A DNA stretch of 64,000 bases from Patescibacteria group bacterium. GTDB taxonomy: Bacteria; Patescibacteriota; Microgenomatia; UBA1400; PJMF01. The notes below the pieces were generated by a model. That model had not been told where the DNA came from, made no database searches, and saw only the letters and a list, made by a program, of their open reading frames with translations. The position numbers and the translations under genes were made by a program. Positions within the stretch are counted from its first letter, which is position 1. Every line of letters begins with the position of its first letter. Positions 1-7,788 of this stretch are shown here, piece by piece. The stretch covers positions 192,410-256,409 of the forward strand of contig JBMORP010000006.1 of NCBI GenBank assembly GCA_049322655.1, written 5' to 3'.

Positions 1-1
1 T

Positions 2-1042
2 TTGGCCTTATGGACTAAAATTCCAGCTATTTTGTTCTTTCCAACCTTTGTTTTGGCTGCTTTCTTACCTAATCAATCCAAAAACTTGCCATTTAGACTT
101 AAACAAAGCAGCTTAACTTTGATCATTGGACTTGGATTATTTGCCTGCCTCAAACTAACTCCACTTTTTGGTCAGTTATTCAGTCGGGGCGGAGATTTTC
201 TCTACCCAATTAGTGAATTGCTAGAAAAAGGAGTTGTTACGGTTTTCTGGGCCAATACTCAAAGGATTTTTCAGGGTTTATTTATGTATTTATCTTGGCC
301 AATCATGGTTTTACCAATATTTGGATTATTTCAAAATAAACTAAGAAAAACACACGCTTTGTTGCTGCTAAGTTTTTTGGGATTTCTTGGACCAATTTTA
401 CTATTAGGAAAAACTATTTATCCTCGTTACATTCTCCCTAGTATCTTACCTTTAACTTTGTCGGCCGTTTTATCACTGGAATATATTTTGCAGCAAACTA
501 AAAAAAATATTAAAAAACCACTCGTTTTTTTCTTTCAAGCAGCTGCAATAATAATTTTATTAACTAGCATGGTGCAAACAGCAATTCAATTCACTCTAAT
601 CTCCTGGCAAAACCCCAACTATTTGCCTTTTGTCCCAATTGACCAGACTCAATACCTAGCAGAGTGGTCAGCCGGCAATGGAATTAAAGAGAGTAGCCAA
701 CTGATGCTAAAAGAAATTTCTACACAATCATTGGCTGTTGCCACTGAAGGTTACTTTGGTACCTTGCCAGATGGAGTCTTAATGTATCTTCATCAACAAA
801 ACATTGAGGGCCTGCTAGTCGAAGGAATCGGTCAACCAATTTATAGTTTGCCCAGTGAGTTCATAAGCAAAGCTAAAAACTATGACCGAATCTGGCTATT
901 GGTTAACTCAAACCGAGAAAAACTTAACTTAGCCACAACCTATCCAGAGCTATTAAAACAAGAGTTCTGCCGCATTCAAAATGCTCCTTGTTTACAACTC
1001 TGGGATATTACTTCAATTATAGATCAACTTCCTCAACAATAA
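2..1042 (+). CDS. Polytopic membrane protein, C-terminal portion (5' end outside window); possible GT-C (ArnT/PMT-like) glycosyltransferase with extracytoplasmic C-terminal domain
   Basis: ORF runs from window edge; multiple hydrophobic helices followed by ~180 aa hydrophilic C-terminal domain; no catalytic motif recognised. Confidence 0.35.
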   Translation: MALWTKIPAILFFPTFVLAAFLPNQSKNLPFRLKQSSLTLIIGLGLFACLKLTPLFGQLFSRGGDFLYPISELLEKGVVTVFWANTQRIFQGLFMYLSWPIMVLPIFGLFQNKLRKTHALLLLSFLGFLGPILLLGKTIYPRYILPSILPLTLSAVLSLEYILQQTKKNIKKPLVFFFQAAAIIILLTSMVQTAIQFTLISWQNPNYLPFVPIDQTQYLAEWSAGNGIKESSQLMLKEISTQSLAVATEGYFGTLPDGVLMYLHQQNIEGLLVEGIGQPIYSLPSEFISKAKNYDRIWLLVNSNREKLNLATTYPELLKQEFCRIQNAPCLQLWDITSIIDQLPQQ

Positions 1043-1091
1043 TTGAAATTTCAGCTTTTTTTCAGTTTTGTAAAATATACTAGTTGACGTT

Positions 1092-1772
1092 ATGTCAGCG
1101 AAATTATTCTCAACTACCCCAATTATTAAACATAGTTTAGCTTCACCATTAACTAATATTTTATTTAACTCAGAATTAGCTATCGAAAACATTAAAAACC
1201 ACAATAACTATTGTCCACACAACGAACTCAATTCAGTTATTCTTAATGCCCAATATATTAAATCACTGTTGTTCTTAACAGAAACAGAACAGAGATATCT
1301 TTTTTCTCCACAAAAAGCTCTTACTGAGCTAATAAAAATGAATAATCAAACCAAACTAAAACAAAGCTTGGTGAGTAGAATTTCTTTACCAATCAAAAAA
1401 TTTTTGTTGGGTAACAAGTTACTATTTCAAGAAACCATCGTTTGTTTACTAAATAATGCCTTTGAAAGCTATCAACAAAATACTAATAACAAGTTAATTT
1501 TCCTTAGTGCTATTGAAAAAGAAAATAACTGTTTACTTTCCGTAGCTGATGCGGGTCGAGGCATGAACTGGTTAGAAAAAAACTTGGCTAGTTTGCCGTT
1601 TCAATCAAGAAAAAATCAACACTCTGGGCTGGGTTTATTCTTTGCCAAACAAACAATTGAAAAAGATCTACAAGGAAAAATAACTATTAATTCTAAAAAA
1701 AATAAAGGTACTACGATTGAAGTTACTCTCCCCTTTTATAGGGGAGAAGTTGATAACCAAAACCACGCCTAG
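1092..1772 (+). CDS. Sensor-less (cytoplasmic) histidine kinase, HisKA H-box + HATPase_c only
   Basis: H-box KHSLASPLTNI at N-terminus; N box LLNNAFESY; G1 DAGRGM; G2 GLGLFFAKQ; no TM or sensor domain. Confidence 0.7.
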   Translation: MSAKLFSTTPIIKHSLASPLTNILFNSELAIENIKNHNNYCPHNELNSVILNAQYIKSLLFLTETEQRYLFSPQKALTELIKMNNQTKLKQSLVSRISLPIKKFLLGNKLLFQETIVCLLNNAFESYQQNTNNKLIFLSAIEKENNCLLSVADAGRGMNWLEKNLASLPFQSRKNQHSGLGLFFAKQTIEKDLQGKITINSKKNKGTTIEVTLPFYRGEVDNQNHA

Positions 1773-2406
1773 TTTTAATAATCGACTGATATTTACCTAA
1801 TTTTTTTCTTAATCTCTTAATATAAACATCAATGGTGTTGATTTTTACTTCTTGGTGTGGCTCCCATAACTTATCAATTAAGTGTTGCTTTGATACTACT
1901 CGACCAGCTGCCTGAAATAAATAAAAAACTAGCTCTGCTTCCCTTTTTCTTAGATGAGTTTCTCCTTCTGGACTAACTAAATAACCAGTTTCAGGAAAAA
2001 AAGCAACCTCCCCCAAGTTTAGTTGTTTTTCTTGAAAACTATTTTTTTTCCAAGCCAACATATTCCGCACCTTAATTCTTAACTCTGCTAAAGAAAAAGG
2101 CTTGGTCAAATAGTCATCTGCTCCTTTTTCCAAACAAACAATTTTTTCCAAAACTTTTTTTTGTTGAGTTAAAAAAATATATTTACTGGTAGGATTGATT
2201 TCTTTTAAATACTCAATTGACTCAAGAGAATCACCATCATCAACAAATCTATCTAAAATAAATAAATCAATTTTTTGTTGCTCAACCAATTGATACAAAT
2301 CTTTTAAGTTACTAGTCCAAATCAGACTTCTATCTTTAGTCTTTAAAGCTTTCAATAAAATCTTTGCTAAATCACGGTTATCTTCCAAAATAAGGATTTT
2401 TATCAT
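1723..2406 (-). CDS. OmpR/PhoB-family response regulator (REC + winged-helix trans_reg_C)
   Basis: MIKILILEDN...DLFILD...KPF receiver motifs; C-terminal ...IDVYIKRLRKKLG...RGFGY wHTH. Confidence 0.85.
   Translation of the reverse strand: MIKILILEDNRDLAKILLKALKTKDRSLIWTSNLKDLYQLVEQQKIDLFILDRFVDDGDSLESIEYLKEINPTSKYIFLTQQKKVLEKIVCLEKGADDYLTKPFSLAELRIKVRNMLAWKKNSFQEKQLNLGEVAFFPETGYLVSPEGETHLRKREAELVFYLFQAAGRVVSKQHLIDKLWEPHQEVKINTIDVYIKRLRKKLGKYQSIIKTRRGFGYQLLPYKRGE
1727..1747. terminator. GC palindrome hairpin (TCTCCCC-7nt-GGGGAGA) inside the 50-bp convergent overlap of HK and RR coding ends; candidate bidirectional terminator
   Basis: Perfect 7-bp inverted repeat read directly; flanked by T/A-rich sequence. 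Confidence 0.4.
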
Positions 2407-2482
2407 ACTGATTCCTCTGGTATACTATCTACTTGTTCTTTGAAATAAGCTTATTACACAAAGCTGAAAAAAAACTGAAAAA

Positions 2483-2553
2483 TCCCGGGTAGTGAAGTGG
2501 CATCATCACAGGTTCTGACCCTGTTGTCCTAGGTTCGAATCCTAGCCCGGGAT
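2483..2553 (+). tRNA. tRNA-Gln (anticodon CUG), no encoded CCA
   Basis: Cloverleaf built by hand: acceptor TCCCGGG/CCCGGGA (U1-A72 as in many bacterial tRNA-Gln), U8, D stem GTGA/TCAT, anticodon stem ACAGG/CCTGT with loop TTCTGAC, T arm CTAGG-TTCGAAT-CCTAG. Confidence 0.8.
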
Positions 2554-2561
2554 CAAAAAAA

Positions 2562-2975
2562 TTATTCTTCTCGACTCATTAACTCAAGAATCGCTGGGGC
2601 AAGCTCTTCATAACGCCATTTTGGCACATCTTTGTCAACATATTCACCCAATCTGGTCTGAACATCATCAGAAAAAGCCACTGTTTTTATTTTATTTAAA
2701 CCAGGATTCTGAATCTGTTCTCTGAGTAGTAAAATTAAAATAGCTAAAGAGTCTGGTCCTCCAGGCTGATAACCCTCATCCAAACTTCCACCCAAAATAA
2801 TTAAATCAATTTTCAATTCTTCAAGTTTAGACATTATCTCAATTGCTGATTCTAAAGTGGTAGCTGTCTCCACCAAAATACCACCAATCTCATCAATCTT
2901 CTTGCTTAGCTCTGAAATCCAATCTTGGTTATCTTCAGCTAAAAAAACTCTAAATTTTTTTTGATGTTCAGTCAT
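2562..2975 (-). CDS. Single-domain receiver-like protein lacking the canonical phosphoacceptor Asp (pseudo-receiver candidate)
   Basis: REC-like beta-alpha pattern: RVFLAEDN, IDLIILGGSL (Gly where paralog has Asp), KTVAFSDD, EYVDKD; paralog of next gene. Confidence 0.55.
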   Translation of the reverse strand: MTEHQKKFRVFLAEDNQDWISELSKKIDEIGGILVETATTLESAIEIMSKLEELKIDLIILGGSLDEGYQPGGPDSLAILILLLREQIQNPGLNKIKTVAFSDDVQTRLGEYVDKDVPKWRYEELAPAILELMSREE

Positions 2976-2977
2976 AA

Positions 2978-3370
2978 CTACTCTTTATCTAGTAAGTTTA
3001 AGATCAGTGGAGCTAATTTTTCATAATCAACTTTATCTAAATAAGCATCGGCAACTTCACTCTTCATACTTAATGGTGCTGATGAGTAAGCAATAATCTT
3101 AACAGCTGGTGCACTAGCCCTAATTGCTCGAATCATCGTTCTTCCCTCTTCACCGTCATGCTCTTCTGCAGTTAAATTGCCATCAATAATTGCGATATCT
3201 ACCTTCAACTGAGCTAACTTTTTGATTAATATCATTGCTTGATCAAAATCGGCAACAATTGGAACAACCAATTCTGCTTCTAATATTTCGATAGCCTTTT
3301 CGATGGTCCATTGCCAAGTTTTTTGATCTTCAGCTGCAAAAATTCTTATTGGGGATTTTTCTTCTGTCAT
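2978..3370 (-). CDS. Single-domain CheY-like receiver protein
   Basis: IRIFAAEDQ (acidic pair), VDIAIIDGNL (Asp), VKIIAYSS (Ser/Thr), AYLDKV (Lys); 130 aa. Confidence 0.6.
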   Translation of the reverse strand: MTEEKSPIRIFAAEDQKTWQWTIEKAIEILEAELVVPIVADFDQAMILIKKLAQLKVDIAIIDGNLTAEEHDGEEGRTMIRAIRASAPAVKIIAYSSAPLSMKSEVADAYLDKVDYEKLAPLILNLLDKE

Positions 3371-3501
3371 TAAAAATATATTTTATCATAAATAGATCAA
3401 AAAATATAAAAAACTATCATTTATTAAATAAATTTGGCAGTTTTTTTAACCTAGACTTCAAACTAATTTTATCTTTATTAGTTTTATGTTACAGTAGCCC
3501 C

Positions 3502-4368
3502 ATGCCTGATAAATATTCTGCTGTCTGGGTATCTCACTCTTCTATCAGTGATTTTCAACAATGCCCCAGAGCTTATTACCTTAAAAATGTTTATAAAAAT
3601 CCAGAATCTAGCCATAAAATTCAAATCATGGCTCCAGCTTTAGCTTTGGGCCAAGCTGTTCATGAAGTAATTGAATCACTGTCTAATTTACCTACAGATC
3701 AAAGATTGAAGACATCGCTTTTAGATAAATTTGAAAAAGTTTGGCAAAAAGTTAGTGGTAAAAAAGGCGGCTTTTTAGATGAAGAAACTGAAAGAAAATT
3801 TAAACAACGAGGTGAAGAAATGATCAGGAAAGTAATTAACAACCCTGGTCCAGTTTCTCAACTGACAGTTAAAATTAAAGAAGAGTTACCCCACTATTGG
3901 TTATCTGAAGATGACGGAATTATTCTTTGTGGAAAAATAGACTGGCTGCAGTATTTACCGGATATTGATGCCGTTCATATTGTTGATTTTAAAACCAGTA
4001 AAAACAAAGAAAAAACAGATTCATTACAGCTACCAATCTATTTACTCCTAGTCAGTAATACCCAAAAAAGACAAGTGGCCAAAATCAGTTATTGGTATTT
4101 AGGTCAAAATGACAAACCAGAAGAGGTGACTTTACCAGAAGAAAAAGAAGCTTATAATAAGGTTTTAAAAATAGCTAAAGAAATTAAACTAGCTCGGCAA
4201 CTCAATCGTTTCCGTTGTCCAGAGGGAGAAAACGGTTGTTATGCCTGCCGGCCTTTTGAAAAAATCATTAAAGGTGAAGCTGAATTTGTTGGTGTAGGTG
4301 GCTATAACCAAGATATCTATATTCTTCCTCAGGGCAAAGACCTCCCAGAAGAAAGTATTATTCTTTAA
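3502..4368 (+). CDS. Cas4/RecB-like PD-(D/E)XK nuclease with four-Cys cluster (COG2887-like standalone nuclease)
   Basis: N-terminal QCPRAYY Cys; GKIDWL (motif II Asp), IVDFKTSK (D-x-K), QLPIYLL (QxxxY); C-terminal C-x6-C-x2-C (RCPEGENGCYAC). Start moved from track 3349 to ATG 3502 because upstream part overlaps the divergent gene. Confidence 0.65.
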   Translation: MPDKYSAVWVSHSSISDFQQCPRAYYLKNVYKNPESSHKIQIMAPALALGQAVHEVIESLSNLPTDQRLKTSLLDKFEKVWQKVSGKKGGFLDEETERKFKQRGEEMIRKVINNPGPVSQLTVKIKEELPHYWLSEDDGIILCGKIDWLQYLPDIDAVHIVDFKTSKNKEKTDSLQLPIYLLLVSNTQKRQVAKISYWYLGQNDKPEEVTLPEEKEAYNKVLKIAKEIKLARQLNRFRCPEGENGCYACRPFEKIIKGEAEFVGVGGYNQDIYILPQGKDLPEESIIL

Positions 4369-4373
4369 ATTCT

Positions 4374-5549
4374 ATGAAAAAACTTGATCATAGGTTAATG
4401 ATTGTGTTTCTGATTCAAGTGACTGAAGTCTTGGGTTTTTCTTTAATTCTGCCATTTTTACCTTTTTATGCCCAAGCCTATGGCGCTTCACCATTCATTA
4501 TTGGTTTACTGTTAACTTGTTTTTCTTTGTTTCAATTTATTACTAGTCCCATCATGGGAAAACTTAGTGACTCTTATGGCCGTAGACCTTTATTAATAAT
4601 TTCTCAGCTTTCAACTACTTTAAGTTTTATTGTTTTAGCTTTTTCTAATTCTCTGTGGTTAATTTTTTTATCTAGATCAATCGATGGTATTTTGGGCAGT
4701 AATTTTACTATTGCTCAGGCTTATATTAGTGATATTACCACTCAGCAAGATAGAAGTAAGGCTTTTGGTCTAAGTGGAGCAGCTTTCGGAATTGGTTTTT
4801 TAATTGGACCAGCAATTGGTGGCTATCTTTCCCAGTTTAATTTTGTTCTCCCGGCCTTATTAGCTGCTGGAATCTCCGCCATTAGTATCTTATTAACTTA
4901 CTTTTTTCTCCCTGAAACCGTCACCAAAATTAATAAAAAATTTTCTTTTAAAGAAGTTAAAATCTTAGACCCAACTCCATTTAAAAAATACTTATTTACC
5001 AAGAAAACAAGCTCTGCTCTATGGCAATTTTTCTTTTATTCTTTAGCTCATGTCACCTGGACAGCTAATTTTGCTGTTTACGGATCAATGAAATTGGGTT
5101 TGACTGCTAAAATTACCGGTTACATCTTAGCTTACATTGGTTTAATCAGCATTGTTTTGCGCATGAAAATTATTCCCAAATTAATTGATTTGTTTACAGA
5201 AGAAAAATTAATTTTTTGGGGAATGATCTCGATTATTTTTGGTTTATTACTAGCTCCTTTATTCAACACTTTAACACCATTTTTTGCCTTAATGACTTTT
5301 TTTTCTTTTGGTACTGGTGTTACTAGGCCACTCTTAAATGGAGCCATTTCTAGAAAAGCACCAGAAGATGAACAGGGAGCAATCATGGGTGTAGCTAATT
5401 CCTTGGGTAGTTTAAGTCAAATTATCGGCCCAATTCTTGGTGGACTCCTACTCACAACCAGCTTCCCAGAGGGGATGCTCGTTGCAGCTGCGGGAATTAT
5501 GCTATTGGGGTTGGCTATCTTTTTAAAACAACCTGTTCAAAGTCATTAA
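4374..5549 (+). CDS. Major facilitator superfamily transporter
   Basis: 12 predicted TM helices; MFS signature G-x3-D-x2-GRRP (MGKLSDSYGRRPLL). Confidence 0.8.
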   Translation: MKKLDHRLMIVFLIQVTEVLGFSLILPFLPFYAQAYGASPFIIGLLLTCFSLFQFITSPIMGKLSDSYGRRPLLIISQLSTTLSFIVLAFSNSLWLIFLSRSIDGILGSNFTIAQAYISDITTQQDRSKAFGLSGAAFGIGFLIGPAIGGYLSQFNFVLPALLAAGISAISILLTYFFLPETVTKINKKFSFKEVKILDPTPFKKYLFTKKTSSALWQFFFYSLAHVTWTANFAVYGSMKLGLTAKITGYILAYIGLISIVLRMKIIPKLIDLFTEEKLIFWGMISIIFGLLLAPLFNTLTPFFALMTFFSFGTGVTRPLLNGAISRKAPEDEQGAIMGVANSLGSLSQIIGPILGGLLLTTSFPEGMLVAAAGIMLLGLAIFLKQPVQSH

Positions 5550-5663
5550 ACCCAACATTGTTAAAATAGATAAAAACAGAAACTGCTGCCAAAATAAAAA
5601 TCATTACTAACAAAAAAACCAACAATTTCCAAAAAGTAAACTCAGCTCTTACCATATACTGTT

Positions 5664-5701
5664 AGCTTGATCCTTTTTACTGTAACTGTCAAGCTTTTTT
5701 T
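5664..5701 (+). terminator. Intrinsic terminator downstream of MFS gene; overlaps prmC stop codon on the opposite strand
   Basis: AGCTTGA-17nt-TCAAGCT followed by TTTTTTT. Confidence 0.5.
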
Positions 5702-6441
5702 CTAAAATTAAAGCTAGCAAACCTATTTTTATCAAACTGATCTTTCCAAACATTTTCAAAACCACTAAACAAATTAGCTAGTTTTTTATCATCATGAGTA
5801 TCATCAATTTCCAAAAATAACTTACCCTTAAATTGTTTAGCTTTTAGTTGGACGATTAATTTGCTAATCACTGTCAAACCATCTACTCCACCATCAAGCG
5901 CCACAATTGGTTCAAAATCTTTAACCGAACTAGCTAACTGCTTAATTCTTTGACTGGGAATATATGGCAAATTAGCTATACAAAAATCAAATTGAGAAAG
6001 ATTTTCTATCTTCTCTAATAAATCAGCTTGAATTAATTTAATTTTTGCTTGATCATGCCTTTCAATCAATCTGACTAGGTTTTTACCAGCTATAACCAAA
6101 GCTTGGGCAGAAATATCAGTTAACTCAGCTTCAACTTCAAGTCTCTTGGCTCTTAATTTTCTAAAAATAGTCAAACCAATCGCGCCACTACCAGTTCCCA
6201 CTTCCAAAAACTTTACTTTTTTGTCATTACTATAAACATCAACAATTTTTTCGACCAACTCTTCAGTTTCAACTCTAGGAATAAGCACATGCTGATCAAC
6301 CACTAAATCTTGATCAATAAACTGAGAAAAACCAGTAATATACTCAACTGGTTTTTCTCCAAAGTCACTTATTTTTTCTGGATCAAAACCAAATCTGATT
6401 AAATGATTCTTTTCAATAGGTGTAAGTAATCTTACAGGCAT
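5689..6441 (-). CDS. prmC: Release-factor glutamine N5-methyltransferase PrmC/HemK
   Basis: SAM-binding LEVGTGSGAIGL; catalytic NLPY (NPPY variant); overall HemK architecture. Confidence 0.7.
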   Translation of the reverse strand: MPVRLLTPIEKNHLIRFGFDPEKISDFGEKPVEYITGFSQFIDQDLVVDQHVLIPRVETEELVEKIVDVYSNDKKVKFLEVGTGSGAIGLTIFRKLRAKRLEVEAELTDISAQALVIAGKNLVRLIERHDQAKIKLIQADLLEKIENLSQFDFCIANLPYIPSQRIKQLASSVKDFEPIVALDGGVDGLTVISKLIVQLKAKQFKGKLFLEIDDTHDDKKLANLFSGFENVWKDQFDKNRFASFNFRKKA

Positions 6442-6545
6442 TAGATTTCTTTCTTGTTAGGATTGACCTAAATCATATTTTACGATAGATTCAAAGCATT
6501 ACCCGAGAACAATTAATTATAAATTAAAGAAAGGTTAATTAACTC

Positions 6546-7271
6546 ATGAATAATAAAACACTGACTCAAATTATGATCGGTGCAGTGGCCTTTATTGCTG
6601 GTTTTGTAGCTGGCTCTCTCTGGACAGAGAATCAATTGCTTAAATCTGGTAACACCGGAACTGGTCAACAAATTGGCCAACCGACTGCTGCTGGAGATAA
6701 TGCTCCTGCCGCCACAACTGTAACTGAAATGCCAGAGATTACCGCTGATGATCATGTCAGAGGTGCTGCTGAACCGAAGGTTTGGTTAGTCGAATACTCT
6801 GACTTCGAATGTCCTTTCTGTAATAAATTCCATCCAACTATGACTAAAGTCATGGAAGAATATGGTGACCAAGTTGCTTGGGTTTACAGACATTACCCAC
6901 TCAGTTTCCATCCTCAGGCTCAAATTAGCGCTGAAGCATCTGAGTGTGTCGCCAAAGCAGGTGGTAATGATGCTTTCTGGTCATTCACTGACTCTCTTTA
7001 TGAAGCAGCAGCGATTGAAGGCGGAGAGGCTCTGACCAAAGATAAGCTAATTGCAGCTGCCTCCAAAGTTGGAGTTAATATCCAGTCTTGTTTGGAAGAT
7101 AAATCAATGGCTGAAGAAGTAACTGCTGATTTTATTGGTGGTAGAAATGCTGGTATATCTGGTACACCAGGAACCATCGTGGTGACCAAAGATGGCCCAC
7201 AAGAAATTATCTCTGGTGCTTTACCTTATACTCAGGTTAAAACCGTCATTGATAAGTATTTAGCTAACTAA
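6546..7271 (+). CDS. DsbA-family thiol:disulfide oxidoreductase, membrane-anchored
   Basis: N-terminal TM helix; thioredoxin-fold active site CPFC (FECPFCNKFHP). Confidence 0.8.
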   Translation: MNNKTLTQIMIGAVAFIAGFVAGSLWTENQLLKSGNTGTGQQIGQPTAAGDNAPAATTVTEMPEITADDHVRGAAEPKVWLVEYSDFECPFCNKFHPTMTKVMEEYGDQVAWVYRHYPLSFHPQAQISAEASECVAKAGGNDAFWSFTDSLYEAAAIEGGEALTKDKLIAAASKVGVNIQSCLEDKSMAEEVTADFIGGRNAGISGTPGTIVVTKDGPQEIISGALPYTQVKTVIDKYLAN

Positions 7272-7285
7272 CTCTAAGCTAAGAC

Positions 7286-7326
7286 AACCTCCCTTATGCT
7301 AAGATAAAGTATGAGGGAGGTTTTTT
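7286..7326 (+). terminator. Intrinsic terminator after dsbA-like gene
   Basis: AACCTCCCT-loop-AGGGAGGTT followed by TTTTTTG. Confidence 0.6.
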
Positions 7327-7329
7327 GTT

Positions 7330-7788
7330 ATGATTACGCACTTATTTACAGATTTATTTGAAGTTTTGGTTTTTGAGAACAATGACATAAATAAAAAAAA
7401 ATTAAAAAAAATAATTGAATTACCCAATAACTTAATTTTAAATCAAGAGTTACTAAGTTTTTATTTGTCTCTCAAAAAAAACTCCAATCTTTCCCTTAAT
7501 GTTTTCACTTCAGCTTTTTATTTAATCGACAAAGATTCAGAACTAACCCAAAAATACCTGACAAACTTTGATCAACTCTATTCTTCATATCTCTTAGGTT
7601 ATTCCAAAAAAGAACCACAAGCTTTTTCTTTAATTAGCAACCAAGAAGAAGTAGCACCAAACCAATGCTTATTTATTGATGATAAAGCAAATCACATTCG
7701 AGCAGCAACAACAGCTGGCTTTAACGCTTATCAATATTTTTCTAATCAACAGTTAATGGAACAATTAAACAACCTCGGCCAACTGTAA
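7330..7788 (+). CDS. HAD-like hydrolase-fold protein with degenerate motif I (possibly inactive)
   Basis: Motif IV LFIDDKANHI and Lys YSKKEP present; motif I is FTDLFEVL (second Asp replaced); 3' end overlaps recJ by 24 nt. Confidence 0.35.
   Translation: MITHLFTDLFEVLVFENNDINKKKLKKIIELPNNLILNQELLSFYLSLKKNSNLSLNVFTSAFYLIDKDSELTQKYLTNFDQLYSSYLLGYSKKEPQAFSLISNQEEVAPNQCLFIDDKANHIRAATTAGFNAYQYFSNQQLMEQLNNLGQL

Noticed and set aside
3349-3501. Upstream extension of the nuclease ORF to 3349
   Set aside because: It would overlap the divergent receiver gene, and the first residues are low-complexity. ATG 3502 gives a typical Cas4-like N-terminus.
5132-5386. Minor ORFs nested in or antisense to annotated genes. 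These include 5132-5386, 8195-8737, 12365-12834, 27986-28429, 30147-31784, 41252-41455, 49287-50316, 52951-53187 and 10673-10975.
   Set aside because: They are embedded within longer, motif-supported genes on the opposite strand or in another frame, and have no independent signals.
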